Shown: positions 24,601-39,999 of the stretch, piece by piece
How positions within the stretch are numbered: the first letter of the stretch is position 1
Layout: the number at the start of each line of letters is the position of its first letter
Source: the human T2T-CHM13v2.0 reference genome, Homo sapiens
Assembly (NCBI GenBank): GCA_009914755.4
Contig: CP086569.2
Location: 10,880,001 to 10,944,000 of the forward strand
Direction: 5' to 3'
Length of the DNA: 64,000 nucleotides
Notes under the pieces: model-generated
Seen by the model: only the letters and a program-made list of their open reading frames with translations
Databases searched by the model: none
Told to the model about the DNA's origin: nothing
Made by a program: the position numbers and the translations under genes

Positions 24601-27600
24601 TGGCACAATGTCACCTCAAATTTCACTCCACCTTTCCATTCCATTCCATTCCATTCCATTCCATTCCATTCCATTCCATTCCATGCCACTCCATTCCATT
24701 CCATTCCATCCCAGTCCATTCCACTCCATTCTACACCACTCCACTCCACTCCATTCCATTGCATTCCAACAGAATCTATTCCAGCCCACTCCATTCCATT
24801 CCATTCCCTGCTTTAGATAGGATCTCTCTCTGTGACACAACCTGGAATGCAGTAGCACAATCTCATCTCACATTTCATTTGACCATTCCATTCCACTACA
24901 TTCCACTACACTTCAGTCCACTCCACTCCACACTAATCCACGCCATTCCACTCCATTCAATTCCATTTCAGTCCATTCCACTCCATTCGACACCACTCCA
25001 ATCCACTCAACTCCACTTCATTCAACTTCAGTCCACTCCACTCCAGTCCACTCCACTTCATTACAGTCCATGCCATTCCATTCCACTCCATTCCACTGCA
25101 CTGCCCTTCACTCCACTACACGCCACTCCATTCCATTCCATTCCATCCCAGTTCATTGCACTCCATTCCACACCACACCACTCCACTCCACTTCATTCCA
25201 TTCCAATCCATCCCATTCCATTGCATCCCATTCCATTCCATTCCATCCCAGTGCATTCCCTTCCATTCCATTCCATTTCGTTCCATTCCATTCCTTTCTT
25301 TTGACAGGATCTCACTCTCTCACCTTGGCTGTAGTGAAGAGGCACAAACTCAGCTCACATTACATTTCACCATTGCATTCCATTCCATTTCACTCCTTTC
25401 CATTCCATTCCTTTCTACTCCTTTCCATTCCATTCCTTTCTACTCCATTCCATTCCATTCCACTCCAGTCTACTCCACTCCACTGCACTCCACTCCACTC
25501 CCTTCCACTACATTCCATCTCATTCCACTCCACTATGCTCCACTCCATTCCATGCCATTTCATCCCATTCCATTCCACTCCATTCCACTCCACTCCACTC
25601 CACTCCATTCCATGCCATTCCATTCCACTCCACTTGACTTCACTCCACTCCATTCGATTGCATTCCACTCCACTGCACTCTACTTCACTCCACTCCACTG
25701 CATTCCATACCATTCCATTCCACTCAATTCTACTCCACTCCACTTCATTCCAATCCATCCCATTCCATTATACTCCTTTCCCCACCACTCCACTCCACTC
25801 CACTTCATTCCATTTCATTCTATCCCATTCCATTCCACTTCAATCCACTCCACTGCACTCCATTCCACTCTATTAAATTCCTTTCCTTTCCATTCGACTC
25901 CATTCTATTTCTTTCCTTTCTATCAAAAGGATCTCACTCTGTCACACAGGTTCCACTGCACTGGCCCAGTCTCAGCTCTCATTTCATTTCACCATTCGAT
26001 TCGATTGGATTCCATTCCATTCCATTCCATTCCACTCCACTGCACTCCACTCCACTGCACGCCACTCCACTGCACTCCATTCCATTCCATTTCACTCGAC
26101 TCCATTCCAATCCACTCCACTCCATTACACTCCATTCCATTCCATCCCATTCATCCCATTCAATTTCCCTCTACTCCATTCCACTCCACTCCACTCCAAT
26201 TCACTCCATTCCATTCCATGCCATTCCATTCCACTCCTCTCCATTCCACTCCACTCCACTCTCCTCCTTTCCACTCCATCTCATTCCATTCCACTCCATT
26301 CCACTCCACTCACCTGCACTTCATTCCACTGTACTGCATTCCATTTCATTCCACTCCCTTCCATTTCATTCCACTCCCTTACATTCCATTCCTTTCTTTC
26401 GACAGGATCTCATTCTCTCACACAGGCTGGAGTGTAGTGGCACAATCTCGGCTCACATTTCATTTCGACATTCTATTCCATTGCATTCCATTGCACTCCG
26501 TTCCATTCTATTGCATTCCATTGCATTCCATTCCATTCCATTCCTCTCCACTCCACTCCATTCTACTCCACTCCAGTCCACTCTGCTCCAGTACACTCCA
26601 CTCCATTCCATTCATCTCCATTCCATTACTTTCCTTTCTTTCGACAGGATCTCACTCACCCAAGTTGGTGTGCAGTGGAAAAATCTCAGCTCACATTTCA
26701 TTGCACCACACCATTCCATTCCATCCCATCCCACTCCATTCCTTTAAATTCCATTCCATTACAGTCCACTCCACTCCATTTCACTCCACTCCACACCACT
26801 CCACTCCTTTCCATTCATTCCATTCCACTCCATTCCACTCCACTCCACTTCTTTACCATCCATCCCATTCCATTCCACTGCAATCCACTCCACTCCACTC
26901 CTGTCCACTCCATTCCATTCCATTCCATTCCATCCCATTCCGTTCAAACCAATCAACTCCACTCCACTCCACTCCAGTTCACTCCATACCGTTCCATTCC
27001 ATTCCACTCCTTTCCATTGCATTCCTTTCTTTTGACAGGATCTTATTCTGTCTGCCAGGTTCGAGTGCAGTGGCACAATCTCAGCTCACATTTCATTGCA
27101 CTATAGTATTCCGTGCCATTCCACACCACTCCATTCCTTTAAATTCCATTCCATTCTAGTCCACTCCACTCTACTCCACTTCACTCACTCTACTCCACAC
27201 CACTCTACTCCACTCCATTCCATCCCATTCCAGTCCACACCACTCTACTCCACTCCATTCCATCCCATTCCATTCCACTCCACTCCACTTCTTTCCATTC
27301 CATTCCATTCCACTCCACTCCACCTCACTCCACTCCACTCCTGTCCACTCCACTGCACTCCATTCCATTAAATTGCATTCCATTCCACTCCTTTCCTTTC
27401 CATTCGTTTCTCTTGAGAAGATCTCACTCTGGCACCCAGTCTGAAGTGCAGTGACACAATCTTAACTCACATTTCATTTCACCATTCCATTGCATTCCAT
27501 TCAATTGCATTCCTTTCCATTCTGTTCCATTACATTCCACTCCACTCAACTCCACTCCACTCCACCCTGCTGCTTTCCATTCCATTCCATTCCATTCCTC

Positions 27601-27900
27601 TCCATTCCACTCCACACTACTCCATTCCTCTACACTTCATCACATTCCATCCAATTCCATTCCATTCCATTCCATTCCAGTCAACTGCACTCCATTCCAC
27701 TCCATTCCATCCCATTGCATTCCACTCCATTCCACTCCATTTCACTGCACTCCACTCCACTCCATTCCATTCCACTCCCTACCATTCCATTCCCCTCCAA
27801 TGCACTCCACTCCAGTCAACTCCTCTCCACTCCATTACAATCCATTCCACTCTATTACATTCCATTCCTTTTTTTCAAAAGTATCTCACTCTGTCCCTCA
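24080..27900 (-). repeat. ~3.8-kb block with a distant paralog at 55380-59250 (offset ~31.3 kb)
   Basis: Collinear matches at 24810~56114, 25070~56380, 25156~56456, 27096~58460, 27490~58854, 27884~59221 (offsets 31304-31364). Confidence 0.7.
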
Positions 27901-30900
27901 GGCTGGAGAGAAGTGGCACAATTTCAGCTCACATTTCATTTCACCATTCCATTGCATTTCCTTTCATTGCCTTCCATTTAATTGCAATCCACCCCACGCC
28001 ATTCCATTCCATTCCACTCCACTCCATTTCACTCCATTCCACTCCATTCCACTAAACTCTACTCCACTTCATTGCATTCCATGCCGTCCCATTTCACTCC
28101 ATTCCACTCCTCTCCACTCTGCTCCACTCAACTCCACTGTACTCCTCTCCAATCCATTCCTTTCCATTCCCTTCCATTCCATTTTATTACATTCCATCTA
28201 TTTCTTTCATGAGCATCTCACACTCAACCAGGCTGGAGTGCAATGACACAATCTCCGCTCACATTTCATTTTACCATTCCATTCCATTCCATTCCTTTCC
28301 ATTCCATTCCATTCTACTCTACTGCACTCCACTTCACTCCACTCCAGTCCATTCCACTCCATTTAATTCCATTACATTACATTCCACTCCATTCCATTCC
28401 TTTCTTTCGAGAGGATCTCACTCTGTCACAAAGGCTGCACTGCAGTGACCAATATCAGCTCACATTTCGTTTCACCATTCCACTCCATTCCATTCCATTT
28501 CATTCCACTCCACTCCACTCCAATCTACTCCATTCCATTCCATCCAATTCCATGCCACTCCACTCCATTCCACTCCACTCCATTTCACTCCATCTCATTC
28601 CATTCCAATCCATTCCACTCCAGTCAACTCCACTTCACTCCACTCCATTCCATGCCATTCCATCCCATCCCATTCCATTCCATTCCATTCCATTCCATTC
28701 CATTCCATTCCATTCCATTCCATTCCATTCCATTCCATTCCATTCCATTCCATTCCACTCACTTCCATTCCATTCCACACCTTCCATTTGATTCCTTTCT
28801 TTTGAAAGGATCTCTTTCTCTCACCCAGGCTGGAGTGTAGTGGCACAATCAGATTACATTTCACCATGCTATTTCATTGCATTCCATTGCACTCCATTCC
28901 ATGGTATTCCGTTCCATTGCATTCCGTTGCATTTCATTACATTCCATACCATTCCATTGTATTCCATGGCATTTCGTTCCATCCCATTTCATTCCATTTC
29001 TTTCCACTCCTTTCCATTCCATTCCATTCCATTCAACTCCACTCCATTACACTCCTCTCCACTCCACTCCAATCCGTTCCATTCCACTCCCTTACATTCC
29101 ATTCCTTTCTTTCGACAGAATCTCACTCCCTCACCCATGCTGGAGTGCAGTGGCACAATCTCATCTCACATTTCATTTCACAGTTCTATTCCATTACATT
29201 CCGTTGCATTCCATTAATTGTATTGCATTCCATTCCATTTCATTCAATTCCATTCCACTACATTCCATTCAACTCCAATACATTCCACTCCATTCCATTC
29301 CATTCCTTTCTATTCCTTTTCACTCTAGTCCACTCCGCTGCACTCCACTTGACTCCGCTGCACTCCACTACTCTCCACTCCATTCCAATCCCTTCCATCC
29401 AATTGTATTCCACTTCATTCCCCTCTACTCCACTCTACTCCACTTCTGTCCACTTGACTTCACTCCACTCCATTCCATTACACTCCATTGAATTCCATTC
29501 CTTTCTTTCACCAGGATCTCATTCTCTCACCCTGCTTGCAGTGCAGTGGAACAATCTCAGATCGCATTTCATTTCACCTTTCCATTCTATTCCATTCCAT
29601 TCCACTTCATTCCATTCCATTCCACTCTGCTCCATTCCACTCCACTCCACTGCACTCCGTTCATTTCCATTCCAATCCGTTCCACTCCATTCCATTCCGT
29701 TCCTTTCTTTTGACAGGATCTCACTCTCTCACACAGGCTAAAGTACAGTGGCAAAATTTAAGTTCATATTTCATTTCACCATTCCATTCCATTCCACTCC
29801 ACTCCACTCAATTCCCTTCCATTCCACTCCATTCCACTTCACTCCAGTCCACTCCATTCAATTACGTTCCATTTCATCCCACTCCTATCCATTCCATTCC
29901 TTTCTTTCGACAGGATCTCATTCTGTCACCCAGCCTATAGAGCAGTGGCACAATATCAGCTCACATTTAATTTCATCATTCCATTACATTGCATTCCATT
30001 CAATTCCATACTATTCCATTCCATTCCATTCCAATCTGCTGCATTTCATTCCATTGCATTCCACTTCACTCTACTCCACTACTCTACACTCCATCCCATT
30101 CCATCCCATTCAATTCCACTCCACTCCACTCTATTGCATTCCCTCTCATCCCATTCCAAGCCATTCCACTCAAATCCACACTACTCCACTCCACTCTACT
30201 CCACTCCATTCCATTCCATTCCATTGCATTCCATTCCATTCCATTCCATTACTTTCTGTCGAGAAAATCTCACTCTGTCACACTGGCTGTAGTGCAGTGT
30301 TGCACTTTCAGCTCACATTTCATTTCACCTTTCCTTTCTATTCCATTCCACTCCACTCCATTCTATGCCATTGCATTCCACTGCATTCCACTCCACTTCA
30401 CTGCACTCCACTCTACTCCATTCCATTTCACTCCCTACCATTCCATTCCCCTCCACTCCACTCCACTCCAGTCAACTCCTCTCCACTCCCTTCCATTCCA
30501 TTCCATTCCACTCTATTACATTCCATTCTTTTTCTTCGACAGTATCTCACTCTGTCCCTCAGGTTGGAGTGCAGTGGCACAATCTCAGTCACATTTCATT
30601 TCACCATTCCATTGTATTTCCTTCCATTGCATTCCATTTAATTACAATCCACTCCTCTCCACTCCACGCCATTCCATTCCATTCCAGTACCTTCCACTAA
30701 ATTCAACTCCATTCCACTACACTCCACGCCACTTCATTCCATTCCATGCCGTCCTATTTCACTCCATTCCACTCCTCTCCACTCTACTCCACTCCACTGC
30801 ACTCATCTCCAATGCATTCCGTTCCATTCCCTTCCATTCCATTCCATTCCATTCCACTCCATTCCATTCCATTCCGTTCCATTCCGTTCTGTTCCGTTCC

Positions 30901-32399
30901 ATTCCGTTCCATTCCGTTCCATTCCATTCCATTCCATTCCATTCCATTCCATTCCCTAAAATTCCATTAAATTCCAGTCCACTCCTCTCCATTCCATCTC
31001 ATTCTGTTCCACTCCATTCCACTCCATTCCACTCCTCTTCTTTCCATTCCAACCCATTCGATTCCATTCCAGTCCACTCCACTCCACTCCTGTCCACTCC
31101 ATTGCATTCCATTCACGCCAATCCACTGCACTCCACTTAATTCCATTCCATGCAACTCCTTTCCATTCCATTCCATTATTCAACAGGATGTCTCTCTGTC
31201 ACCTAGCTGGAGTGCAGTGGCACAATCTCAGCTCACGTTTTATTTAATCATTCCATTTTATACATTGCATTCCATTCCATTCCACTCTGCTGCATTCCAT
31301 TCCATTCGATTCCATTCCACTCCATTCCACTCCTATGTACTCCACTCGACTCCACTCCACTCCACCACAATCCGCTCCATTCCATTCCACTCCATAACAT
31401 TCTATTCCAATTCATTCCCCTGCACTCCACTCCCCTCTACTCCGTTTCAGTCCACTCCACTCCACTCTATTCCACTCCACTCCGTTACATTACACTCCAT
31501 AACATTCTAATCCAATACATTCCCCGACACTGCAGTCCCCTGTACTTCGTTCCAGTCCACTCCACTCCACTCTACTCCAGTCCACTCCATTCCATTTCAC
31601 TCCATTCCATTACATTCCTTTTTTTCGACAGGATCTCTCACTGTCACACAGGCTGGAGTACAGTGGCACAATCTCAGCTCACGTTTCATTTAACCATTCC
31701 ATTGCATTCCATTCCATTCCATTCCATTGCATTCCACTTCAGTCTGCTGTATTCCATTTCATTCGATTCCATTCTACTCCATTCCACTCCAATACACTCC
31801 ACTCAACTCCACTCCACTCCACTCTATTCCATTACACTCCATAATATTCTATTCCAATAAATTCCTTTCCACTCCACTAAACTCAACTCCATTCCAGTCC
31901 ACTCCACTCCACTCCACTCCATTCCACTCCATTCCATTCCACTCAATTCCATTCCGCTGCATTCCATTCCATTCCTTTCTTCCGACAAAATCTCACTCTG
32001 TCACCCAGGTTAAAGGCAGTTGAACAATATCAGCTCACATTTCGTTTCACCATAGCGTTCCATTCCATTCCATTCCTTTAAATTCCATTCCATTTCAGTC
32101 CACTCCACTCCACTCCACTTCACCCCACTCCACTCCACTCCGCTTCATTCCTTCCCTTTCATTTCCACTCCAGTCCACAACACTCCAATCCACTCAACTT
32201 CTTTCCATTCCATCCCATTCCATTCCACTCTAATCCACTGCACTCTACTCCACTCCTTTCCACTCCATTCCATTCCACTCCATCCCATTCCATTCACGCC
32301 AATCCACTCCACTCCACTCCTTTCCACTCCACTACATTGCGTTCCTTTCCACTCTTTTTCATTCCATTCCTGTCTTTTGACAGAATCTCACTTTTTCAC

Positions 32400-33970
32400 C
32401 CAGGCTGGAGTGCAGTGGCACAATCTCAGCTCACATTTCATTTTACCATTCCATGGCATTCCATTCCATTTCATTAATTTCCATTCCACTCCACTCCACT
32501 CCACTCTGCTGCATTCCATTCCGTTCCATTCCATTCCATTCCATTCCATTCCATTCCATTCCATTCCGTTCCATTCCATTGCACTCCACTCTACTCCTCT
32601 CCACTCCATCCCATTGCATCCCATCCCATTCCATGTCATTCCACTCTACTCCACTCCATTCCATTCCATCCCACTCCATTTCATTCTGTGCTTTTCTGTC
32701 AACAAGATCTCACTCTGTCACATTGGCTGGAGTGCAGTCACAGAGTCTCAGGTCACATTTCATTCTACATTCCATTCCATTCCACTCCACTCCACTCCAC
32801 ATCACTCCACTGCACTCCACTCCATTCAATCCCATTGCATTCCGCTCCATTCAACTCCACTTCACCGCACTCCACTCCACTTCGTTCCATTCCACTCCAC
32901 CACCTTCCGTTCTACTCCACTACAATCCACTGCAGTGCACTACTCTCCATTCCATTCCATTCCACTCTATTCCATTCCATTCCTTTTCTTCTACAGGATA
33001 TCTCTCTGTCACTCAGGCTGGAGTGCAGTGGCACAATCTCAGCTCACATTTCCTTCACCATTCCATTCCATTCCATTCTGCTTCATTCCATTACATTACG
33101 TTCCATTTAATTCCAATCTATTGCACTGCACTCCTCTCCACACTACTCCATGCCATTCCATTCTATTACATTCCAGTTCAATCCACTCCATTTCACTACA
33201 TTCCACTCCAATTTTTTCCATTACATCCCGTTTCATTCCAGTTCCATTCGATTCCATTCCATTCCACTCCATTCCATTCCATTCCATTCCATTCCATTCC
33301 ATTCATCTCCATTTCATTCATCTCCATTCCACTCCATTCCATTCCATTCCATTCCATTCCATTCCATTCCATTCCATTCCATTCCATTCATCTCCATTCC
33401 ATTCCATTCCATTCCATTCCATTCCATTCCATTCCATTCCATTCCATTCCGTTCCATTCCATTCATCTCTATTCCATTCCATTCATTCCTTTTAACATCA
33501 TCTCACACTGTCACGGAGGCTGGAGTTCAGTGATAGAATCTCAGCTCACATTACATTTCACCATTCCATTCCATTCCATTCCATTCCTTTGTGTTCCATT
33601 CCACTCAACTGCACTGAATCCCACTCCATTCCACTCGCTTCAGTTCCATTCCATTCCATTCCATTTCATTCCATTCCATTCCATTCCACTCCATTCCAGT
33701 CCATTCCATTCCATTCCACTCCATTCCATTCCATTCCATTGCACTCCATCCCATTCCATTCAACTCTTTTCCACATGACTCCACTCCACTCCACTCCATT
33801 CCACAACACTCCAATCCACTCCATTCCATTCCTTTTCATTTGATCCCATTCCATTCCACTCTGTTCCACTCCACTCCACTCCTTTCCATTCCATTCCATT
33901 CCATTCCACTCCATTCCATTCAATTCTTTCCTTCGACAGGATCTCACTCTGTCACACAGGCTGGAGTGCA
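32400..33970 (-). repeat. Block paralogous to 44700-47000 (offset ~12.3-13.0 kb)
   Basis: 32838~45133, 33589~45891/46563. Shared unusual strings include 'ttcctttgtgttccattccactcaactgcactgaatcccactcc'. Confidence 0.65.
33251..33475 (-). repeat. Long (CATTC)n tract with periodic 'cattcatctc' variant units
   Basis: Runs of 'ccattccattcc' punctuated four times by 'attcatctcc'/'attcatctct'. Confidence 0.9.
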
Positions 33971-36870
33971 GTGGCACAATCTCAGCTGACATTTCATTTC
34001 ACCATTCCATTCCTTTCCACTTTATTCCACTCCACTCCACTCAAGTTCACTTCACTCATTTCCATTCCTTTCCACTGCACTCCACTCCACTCCTCTACCC
34101 TGCATTCCATCCCCTTCCATTCCACTCCATTCCACTCCATTACACTCCACTCCACTCCACTCCATTCCATTCCATTCCATTCCATTCCAATACACTCCAG
34201 TGCATCACACACTTTTCATTCGACAATATCTCACTTTGTCTCCCAGGCTGGAATGCAGTGGCACAATCTCAGCTCACCTTACATTTAACCATTCCATTCC
34301 ATTCCATTACATTTCAGTGCATAACATTGTATTCCATTAGGTAACATTCCGTTCAGTTCTGTTCCACGCCACTCCATTCCACTCCACTCCACTCCAGTCC
34401 ACTCCAATCAACTTCATTCCATTCCATTCCATCCCATTTCACTCCATTCCAAACCACTCCACTCCACACCATTCCTTTCCACTCCATTCCTTTCCTTTCC
34501 ACTCCATTCCATTCTTTTCCACTCCATTCCATTCCATTCCATTCCATTCCATTCCATTCCATTCCATTCCATTCCATTCCATTAAACTCCTTTCTATTCC
34601 ATTGCCTACTTTCGACAGAATCTCACTCTTTGACACAGGCTTGATTTCAGTAGCACAATCTTACCTCACATTTCAGTTCACCATACCATTCCACTGCATT
34701 CCACTCCACTTCACTCCAGTCCACTCCACTCCACATCAGTCCACGCCATTCCACTCCATATCATTCCACTCCATTTCATTCCATTCCTTTGTTTCAACTG
34801 GATCTCACTCTGTCACTCGGGCTGGAATGCCGAGCCCCAATCTCAACTCACTTTTCATTAAACTGTTCCATTCCATTCTATTGCTTTCCATTCTATTCCA
34901 GTTCATTCCATTCCTTTACATTTAATTCCATTCCATTTCATTCTATTAAATTCCATTTCACTCCACTCCACTCCGTTGCATTCCATTCCACTCAACTACA
35001 CTCCACACCACTCCATTCCATTCCATCCCCTTCCACTCCACTCCACTCCATTCCTCCCAATCCCATTCCATTCCACTCTCTTCCAGTCCACTCCACTCCA
35101 CTCCACTCCACTACAATCCATTCCATTCCATTACACTCCATTCCTCTCTCTGCCATTCCACTCTGTTCTTTCGACAGGATCTCACTTTATCACCAAGGCT
35201 GGAGTAACGTGGCATAAACTCAGCTCGCATTTCATTTCAACATTCCATTGCATTCCATTACAATGCATTCCACTCCATTCCACTTCATTCCATTCCATTC
35301 CACTCCACTCCACTCCACTCGGCCTCATTGCATTCCATTCCATTTCACTCCATTCCACGCCAATCTACTCCACTCCCCTCCACTCCATTGTATTCCACTG
35401 CACTCCCTTCCATTCCATTCCTTTCTTTCAACAGGATCTCACTCTGTCACTCAGGATGGAGTGCAGTGGCAAAACCTCAGCTCACATTTCGTTTCACCAT
35501 TCCTTTCCGTTCCATTTAATTCCATTCCATTACCCTCCACTCCACTCCAGTCCACTCCACTCTGCTCCATTCCACTCCAGTCCACTCCACTCCAATCTAG
35601 CACAATCCACTCTATTCCACTCAATCCCTTTCCATTCCATGGAATTCCAATCCACTCCACTCCACTCCTCTCCATTGCATTCCATCATATTCTATTCCAC
35701 TCCATTGCAGTCCACTCCACTCCACTCCTCTCCACTCCACTCCATTCCATTCCATTCCTTTCCTTTCCATTCCATTTTGCTCCATTCTCTTACATTCCAT
35801 TCCATTTATTTCCAATCCATTGCACTGCACTGCTCTCCACTCCACTCCATGTCATTCCAGTCCATTCCACTCCATTCCAAAACACTCCAATCCAATTTGT
35901 TCCATTACATCCCGTTTCATTTCACTCCATTCCACTCCTCTCCCCTCTATTCCATTCCACTCCTCTCCACTCTATTCCACTCGATTCCATTCCATTCTTT
36001 TCCATTCCATTCCATTCCATTCCACTCCAATCTACTCCGCTCCATCCCATTTAATTCCACTCCAATCCACTCCAGTCCACTCCATTCCGTGCCATTCCAT
36101 CCAATTCCGTTCTATTTTGTTCCATTCCATTCAATTCCAGTCCATTACTTTGAATTCTTTTCTTTTGAAATGATTTCACTCATTCACACAGGCTGGAGTG
36201 CAGTGGGAATATCTGAGCTCACACTTCATTTTACCATTCCATTGCACTCCATTCCACTTCACTCCACTCCACCCCACTCCACTCCGTTCCATACCATTCC
36301 ATCCCAATCCATTCCATTCCACTCCACTCCATTCCATTCCACTCCATCCCATTTCATTCCACACCACAACACTCCACTACACCCCACTCACTGCCATTCC
36401 ATGCCATTTCACTCCATTCCATTTGATTCCCTTCCACTCCATTGCATTACATTCCTTTATTTCGACAGTATTTCACTCTGTCACACAGGCAGGAATGCAG
36501 TGGTACAATCTCAGCTCACATTTCATTTCACCATTTCATTTCACTCCATACCACTCCACTCCACTACACCACACTCCACTCCACTCCATGAAATCCCAAT
36601 CCATTCCATTCCACTCCATTCCATTCCATTCCTTTGCTTTCTTTCGACAGGATCTCACTCTGTCACGCAGGGTGGAGTGCAGTGGCACAATTTCAGCTCA
36701 CATTTCATTTCAATATTCCATCTCCTTCCATTCCATTCCACTCTACTCCACTCCACTTCAGTCCACTCCACTCCACTCCCCTCTATTTCATTTTGTTCCA
36801 TTCCATTCCACTCCTTTCCTTTCCTTTCTTTTGACAGGATCTCACTCTATCAAACAGGCTGGAGTGTAGA
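33970..36870 (-). repeat. ~2.9-kb block whose paralog lies ~3.3 kb downstream (37150-40160); also paralogous to 47000-50700
   Basis: 33998~37213 (offset ~3.2 kb), 34602~37881 (3279), 35346~38641 (3295), 36869~40159 (3290). Shared distinctive strings include 'cctactttcgacagaatctc.ctct.tgacacaggcttgatttcagtagcacaatct'. Confidence 0.7.
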
Positions 36871-37374
36871 GGCATAATCTCACCTCAAATTTCACTTCAC
36901 CCTTCCATTCCATTCCGTTCCATTCCATTCCATTCCACTCCATCCCATTCCATTCAACTCCTTTCCACACGACTCCCCTCCACTCCACTCCATTCCACAA
37001 CACTCCACTCCACTGCAATCCACTCGATTCCATTCCATTCCATTTCATTTGAATCCATTCCATTCCACTCTATTCCACTCCACTCCTCTCCACTCCATTC
37101 CATTCCATTCGATTCAATTCCACTCCATTACATTCCATTCTTTCTTTTGAAAGGATCTCACTCTGTCACACAGGCTGGAGTGCAGTGGCACAATCTCAGC
37201 TTACCTTTCATTTCACCATTCTATTCCACTTTATTCAACTCCACTCCACTCAAGTCCACTTCACTCATTTCCATTCCATTCCACTGCACTCCAATCCACT
37301 CCTCTACCCTGCATTCCATCCCCTTCCATTCCACTCCTTTCCACTCCATTCCACTCCACTCCACACCATTCCAC

Positions 37375-37500
37375 TCCATTCCATTCCATTCCATTCCACT
37401 CCATTCCATTCCATTCCATTCCATTCCATTCCATTCCATTCCATTCCATTCCATTCCATTCCATTCCATTGCACCCCATTCCATTCCATTCCATTCCATT
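37375..37500 (-). repeat. Near-perfect (CATTC)n tract (~25 units)
   Basis: 'ccattccattccattcc...' with only 'cactc' and 'gcacc' variants. Confidence 0.95.
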
Positions 37501-39999
37501 GCACTCCATTACATCACATACTTTTCTTTCGACAATATCTCACTTTGTCCCCCGGGCAGGAATGCAGTAGCACTATCTCAGCTCACCTTTCACTTAACCA
37601 TTCCATTCCATTACATTACATTTCAGTACATAACATTCTATTCCATTACGTAACATTCCGTTCAGTTCCATTCTACTGAACTCCATTCCACTCCACTCCA
37701 CTCCAGTCCACTCCAATCCACTTCATTCCATTCCATTCCATTCCACTCCATTCCACTCCACTCCACTCCACTCCACTCCATTCTATTCCACTCTATTCTA
37801 TTCCAATCCATTTTTTTCCATTCCACTCCATTCCATTCCACTCCATTCCATTACATTCCATTAAACTCCTTTCTATTCCATTGCCTACTTTCGACAGAAT
37901 CTCGCTCTGTGACACAGGCTTGATTTCAGTAGCACAATCTCATCTCACATTTCATTTCACCATACCATTCCACTGCATTCCACTCCACTCCACTCCACAG
38001 CAGTCCACGCCATTCCACTCCATATCATTCCACTCCATTTCATTCCATTCATTTGTTTCAACAGTACCTCACTCTGTTACCTGGGCTGGAGTGCAGAGGC
38101 CCAACCTCAACTCACATTTCATTAAACTGTCCCATTCCATTCCATTCCATTCCATTCCATTCCATTCCATTCCATTCCATTCCATTCCATTCCATTGCAT
38201 TCCATTCCATTCCATTAAATTCCATTCCATTTCATGCTATTATATTCCATTCTACTCCACTCCACTCCATTCCATTCCACTCAACTCTACTCCACTCCAC
38301 TCCAGTCCACTTCATTCCATTCCATCCCATTCCACTCCCCTCCACTCCATTCCTCCCAAATCCCCTTCCAATCCATTCCAATCCACTCCGCTCCACTCCA
38401 CTCCACTCCACTCCATTCCATTCCATTCCATTACACTCCATTCCTCTCCTTGCCATTCCACTCCGTTCTTTTCACAGGATCTCACTTTGTCACCAAGGCT
38501 GGAGTAACATGGCATAATCTCAGCTCACATTTCATTTCAACATTCTATTGTAGTCCATTACAATGCATTCCATTCCATTCTATTTCATTCCATTCCATTC
38601 CACTCCACTCCACTCTGCTGCATTCCATTCCATTCCATTTCACTCCGTTCCTCGCCAATCTACCCCACTCCTCTCCACTCCATTGTATTCCATTCCACTC
38701 CCTTCCATTGCATTCCTATCTTTCAACAGGATCTCACTCTGTCATCCAGGATGGAGTGCAGTGGCAAAATCTCAGCTCACATTTCCTTTCACCAATCCTT
38801 TCCATTCCATTAAATTCCATTCCTTTCCCCTCCATTCCACTCCAGTCCACTCCACTCCGCTCCATTCCACTCCAGTCCACTCCACTCCAATCTAGCACAA
38901 TCCACTCTATTCCACTCAATCCCTTTCCATTCCACGGAATTACAATCCAGTCCACTCCACTCCACTCCTCTCCATTGCATTCCATCATATTCTATTCCAT
39001 TCCATTGCAGTCCACTCCACTCCACTCCTCTCCACTCCATTCCATTACATTCCATTCCTCTCCATTCCATTCCACTCCAATCCACACCACTCCACACGAC
39101 TCCCTTCCACTCCATTCCATTCCACTCCACTACATTCCATTCGATTCCACTCCATTCCATTCCATTCCACTCCATTCCATTCCATTCCATTCCATTCCAT
39201 TCCATTCCATTCCACTCCTTTGCATTCCATTCCTTTCTTTTGACAGGATCTCACTCTGTCACCCTGGCTCATGTGCTCCATTCCCCTCCATTCCATTCCA
39301 TTCCATTCCATTCCATTCCATTCCATTCCATTCCATTCCTTTGCATTCCATTCCTTTCTTTTGACAGAATCTCACTCTGTCACCCTGGCTCATGTGCAGT
39401 GGCATAATCTCAGCTCACATTACATTTCACCATTGGATTCAATTCCATTTCCTTCCATTCCGTTCCATTCCGCTCCAATCCACTCCACTCCAGTTCATTC
39501 CATTCCACTCCATCCCATTTCATTCCAATCCAATCCCCTCCAGTCCACTCCATTCCATGCCATTCCTTCCAATTCCATTCTACTGTGTCCCATTCCAATC
39601 CATTCTAGTCCATTCCATTCAATTCTTTTCTTTTGAAATGATCTCACTCATTCACACAGGCTGGAGTGCAGTGGGAATATCTGAGCTCACACTTCATTCC
39701 ATTCCATTCCATTTGATTCCATTTACCTCCATTGCATTCCATTCCTTTATTTCCACAGTATCTCACTCTGTCACACAGGCAGGAGTGCAGTGGCACAATC
39801 TCAGCACACATTTCGTTTCACCGTTGCATTTCACTCCATTCCACTCTATTCCACCACACCAGACTCCACTCCACTCCACTCCACTCCATTCCATTAAATC
39901 CCAATCCATTCCATTCCACTCCACTCCATTCCATTCCTTTGTTTTCTTTCGACAGGATCTCACTCTGTCACGCAGGGTGGAGTGCAGTGGCACAATCTC

